From Candidatus Buchananbacteria bacterium (GTDB lineage Bacteria; Patescibacteriota; Patescibacteriia; 2-01-FULL-39-33): 64,000 bases of DNA. Below are positions 62,504-64,000 of the stretch, one piece after another; position 1 is the stretch's first letter; every line of letters starts with the position of its first letter. The stretch lies in contig JAUSEE010000007.1 in NCBI GenBank assembly GCA_030650095.1, positions 16,812-80,811 on the forward strand, in the 5' to 3' direction. The position numbers and the translations under genes were made by a program. The notes below the pieces were generated by a model. It was not told where the DNA came from. It did no database searches and saw nothing but the letters and a program-made list of their open reading frames with translations.

Positions 62504-62536
62504 TGTATTTTCCTTTCCTTTTTAGCGCACTGGTGG

Positions 62537-62692
62537 CTAGTTATAAACTAGATGCATCAATGAGCGGTTGAAATGTTTAATGGAATAGCTAAAATCGTCT
62601 AACTTTCTTTCAAAATTATTGGAACCGCCAGTTGAACAGCCGGCTAAAACCAGAATTGCTAAAACGGCTGATAAACCTAAAAAGATTTTCAT
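62537..62692 (-). CDS. Small (51 aa) putative lipoprotein, absent from the ORF track (below 60 aa)
   Basis: MKIFLGLSAVLAILVLAGCSTGG...: signal peptide with a LAGC lipobox. Confidence 0.35.
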   Translation of the reverse strand: MKIFLGLSAVLAILVLAGCSTGGSNNFERKLDDFSYSIKHFNRSLMHLVYN

Positions 62693-62711
62693 TTTATTTT
62701 ACAACGGCCGT

Positions 62712-63992
62712 TTAGTAAGGCAGAAAAGTAACATTGTTATTGTTAATCAAATCATTGCCGTTGGGCGATGAATCTAGAGCATTGTTGTTGAATCTCCAAT
62801 AACCCATTAGGCCCGGCTCGGAACCGGTTAATTCTATATCTTTACTGCTCAAGATTTCATTTTGAGTTCTGGCCACATTCCAGATGCGCAATTCATCCAT
62901 TTTGCCATCGAAATTATCTCCGTAACCAGATGGCGATCCTTCCCATTGATGACCAATAGAAAATCCCGTACTACTGTTATGAATAGAATTAAAGACTCCT
63001 ATTATTTGATCTCCGTGATGCAGACCATTAACATAAAAATCTACTGTGCCTAAAGAAGCATGATAAACTACTGCCACATGATACCAACTATCTACAGATG
63101 GCATCCAATTAGATGTATTCTGCATTATATTGCTACCATTAGAGCTAATAGTAAAATCGAATTTATACACCCCACTCCAATTACTAATTACAAATAAATA
63201 TGATACATCATGACCCTGATTAGAATCATTGCCCTTACTAAAAATTGGGTAGTTTCTGCCATCTTGTGGCAGAATGGAAATATTTATCCAAGCTTCAAGT
63301 GTCATATCGCTAGTTATATCCAGTCCAACTTGATCCGCATCTGAAATAGAAAAATATTGGCTCAAACTTCTTTGAAAATTAGCATAAGCCGAAAACTCAT
63401 CAGGCGGTGGAGGCGGATCAACAATCAAGCTTTCCAAATAAACAATCCTCTCCTCCAATTCCGCTACTCGGTTTTCATCCCAACTAGGATCGCCCGGATC
63501 ACCTTTCGGCCCCGGTATGCCTTGAGGACCGGCTTCACCTGGAAGACCAGTTAACCCTGTCTCACCTGTCAATCCTGGAATACCCTGAATTCCTTGAACA
63601 CCACGGAGTCCACGAAGACCCTGTGGACCACGAAGGCCTTGCGGACCAATGTTGCCTTGAGGGCCTTGCGGACCGGCTTCACCTGGGGTACCCGATATGC
63701 CCTGTAACCCTTGTTCTCCTTGAGAGCCTGGGGGACCGGTTAACCCTGTTTCGCCTGGCAAGCCTTGCGGCCCCATTTCTCCTGGCAAACCTGGCAGGCC
63801 TTGCGGGCCTGGAGTTAATTCAATGTTTGTAACTTGATCTTCTAAATTCCCCAAGGCATCCCATAGGGCCTCAAAGGGCTGGCCACTGGGATTACTGCCG
63901 ACCATAACCATATTGTGATTGTTATTAGCCATCGCCAAATTGGTGATAAATAAAACAAAAATTACGCTCAACAAACAAGTTAACTTCTTCAT
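62712..63992 (-). CDS. Secreted collagen-like triple-helix-repeat protein with a C-terminal LamG/concanavalin-like domain
   Basis: Signal peptide. About 35 G-x-y triplets (GPQGLPG..), coiled-coil VAELEERIVYLESL and PPPP. The C-terminal LamG end motif MDELRIWNVARTQNEI parallels DDVRFYDRALTSNEV in the giant protein. Confidence 0.7.
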   Translation of the reverse strand: MKKLTCLLSVIFVLFITNLAMANNNHNMVMVGSNPSGQPFEALWDALGNLEDQVTNIELTPGPQGLPGLPGEMGPQGLPGETGLTGPPGSQGEQGLQGISGTPGEAGPQGPQGNIGPQGLRGPQGLRGLRGVQGIQGIPGLTGETGLTGLPGEAGPQGIPGPKGDPGDPSWDENRVAELEERIVYLESLIVDPPPPPDEFSAYANFQRSLSQYFSISDADQVGLDITSDMTLEAWINISILPQDGRNYPIFSKGNDSNQGHDVSYLFVISNWSGVYKFDFTISSNGSNIMQNTSNWMPSVDSWYHVAVVYHASLGTVDFYVNGLHHGDQIIGVFNSIHNSSTGFSIGHQWEGSPSGYGDNFDGKMDELRIWNVARTQNEILSSKDIELTGSEPGLMGYWRFNNNALDSSPNGNDLINNNNVTFLPY

Positions 63993-64000
63993 TTCTGCTT

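Noticed and set aside
1-64000. CRISPR arrays, rRNA genes, transposases or integrases
   Set aside because: No regularly spaced direct repeats, no rRNA-like conserved stretches and no DDE-transposase or tyrosine-recombinase motifs were seen on either strand. The att-like tRNA duplications therefore have no cognate integrase in this window.

Overview
This 64-kb window is a gene-dense, low-GC (about 38-40 % by eye) bacterial chromosomal segment. Its gene content resembles reduced-genome Patescibacteria/CPR-type organisms; that taxonomic placement is an inference, not something seen directly. Housekeeping content: nrdD (N-terminal part, running off the window start), ftsA-ftsZ, ybeY, yqeY-rpsU-hisS-lepB, an LCP-family gene, tspO, msrB-msrA, der-pth, dprA-topA, a rel/spoT homologue, parA-parB, a GT4 glycosyltransferase, an M16 peptidase, glyQS, an AI-2E transporter, smpB followed immediately by a tmRNA, infC-rpmI-rplT, purD and an SDR oxidoreductase. 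There are seven tRNAs: Leu, Pro-like and Cys on the minus strand, and fMet, Ile2/Met(CAT), Leu and Asp on the plus strand. Five things stand out. (1) At 4.6-19.3 kb a minus-strand cluster of surface proteins is dominated by two tandem giant genes of 970 aa and 3310 aa. They share an N-terminal membrane module that looks like a VirB2/TrbC conjugative pilin, fused to huge extracellular regions. The 3310-aa protein carries Cys-rich repeats, a LamG domain, thrombospondin-type-3 repeats and a vWA domain. (2) A family of about 46-nt hairpin repeats shows compensatory base changes between copies. Each copy sits in a short insert next to a tRNA gene and is bounded by a direct duplication of that tRNA's end. 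At the tRNA-Asp locus the 5' fragments additionally carry a 31-nt D-loop insertion. (3) A strongly GC-enriched single gene (24343..25326) encodes a DUF1559 / H-X9-DG prepilin-like protein typical of Planctomycetes and Verrucomicrobia, a likely horizontal acquisition. (4) A moderately GC-richer block lies downstream of tRNA-Asp (53.5-60.3 kb). It encodes an orphan purD, a metzincin protease and membrane proteins, and contains a duplicated hairpin-plus-extended -10 promoter module. (5) The tmRNA gene starts on the base after the smpB stop codon. No CRISPR array, rRNA gene, integrase or transposase was found.
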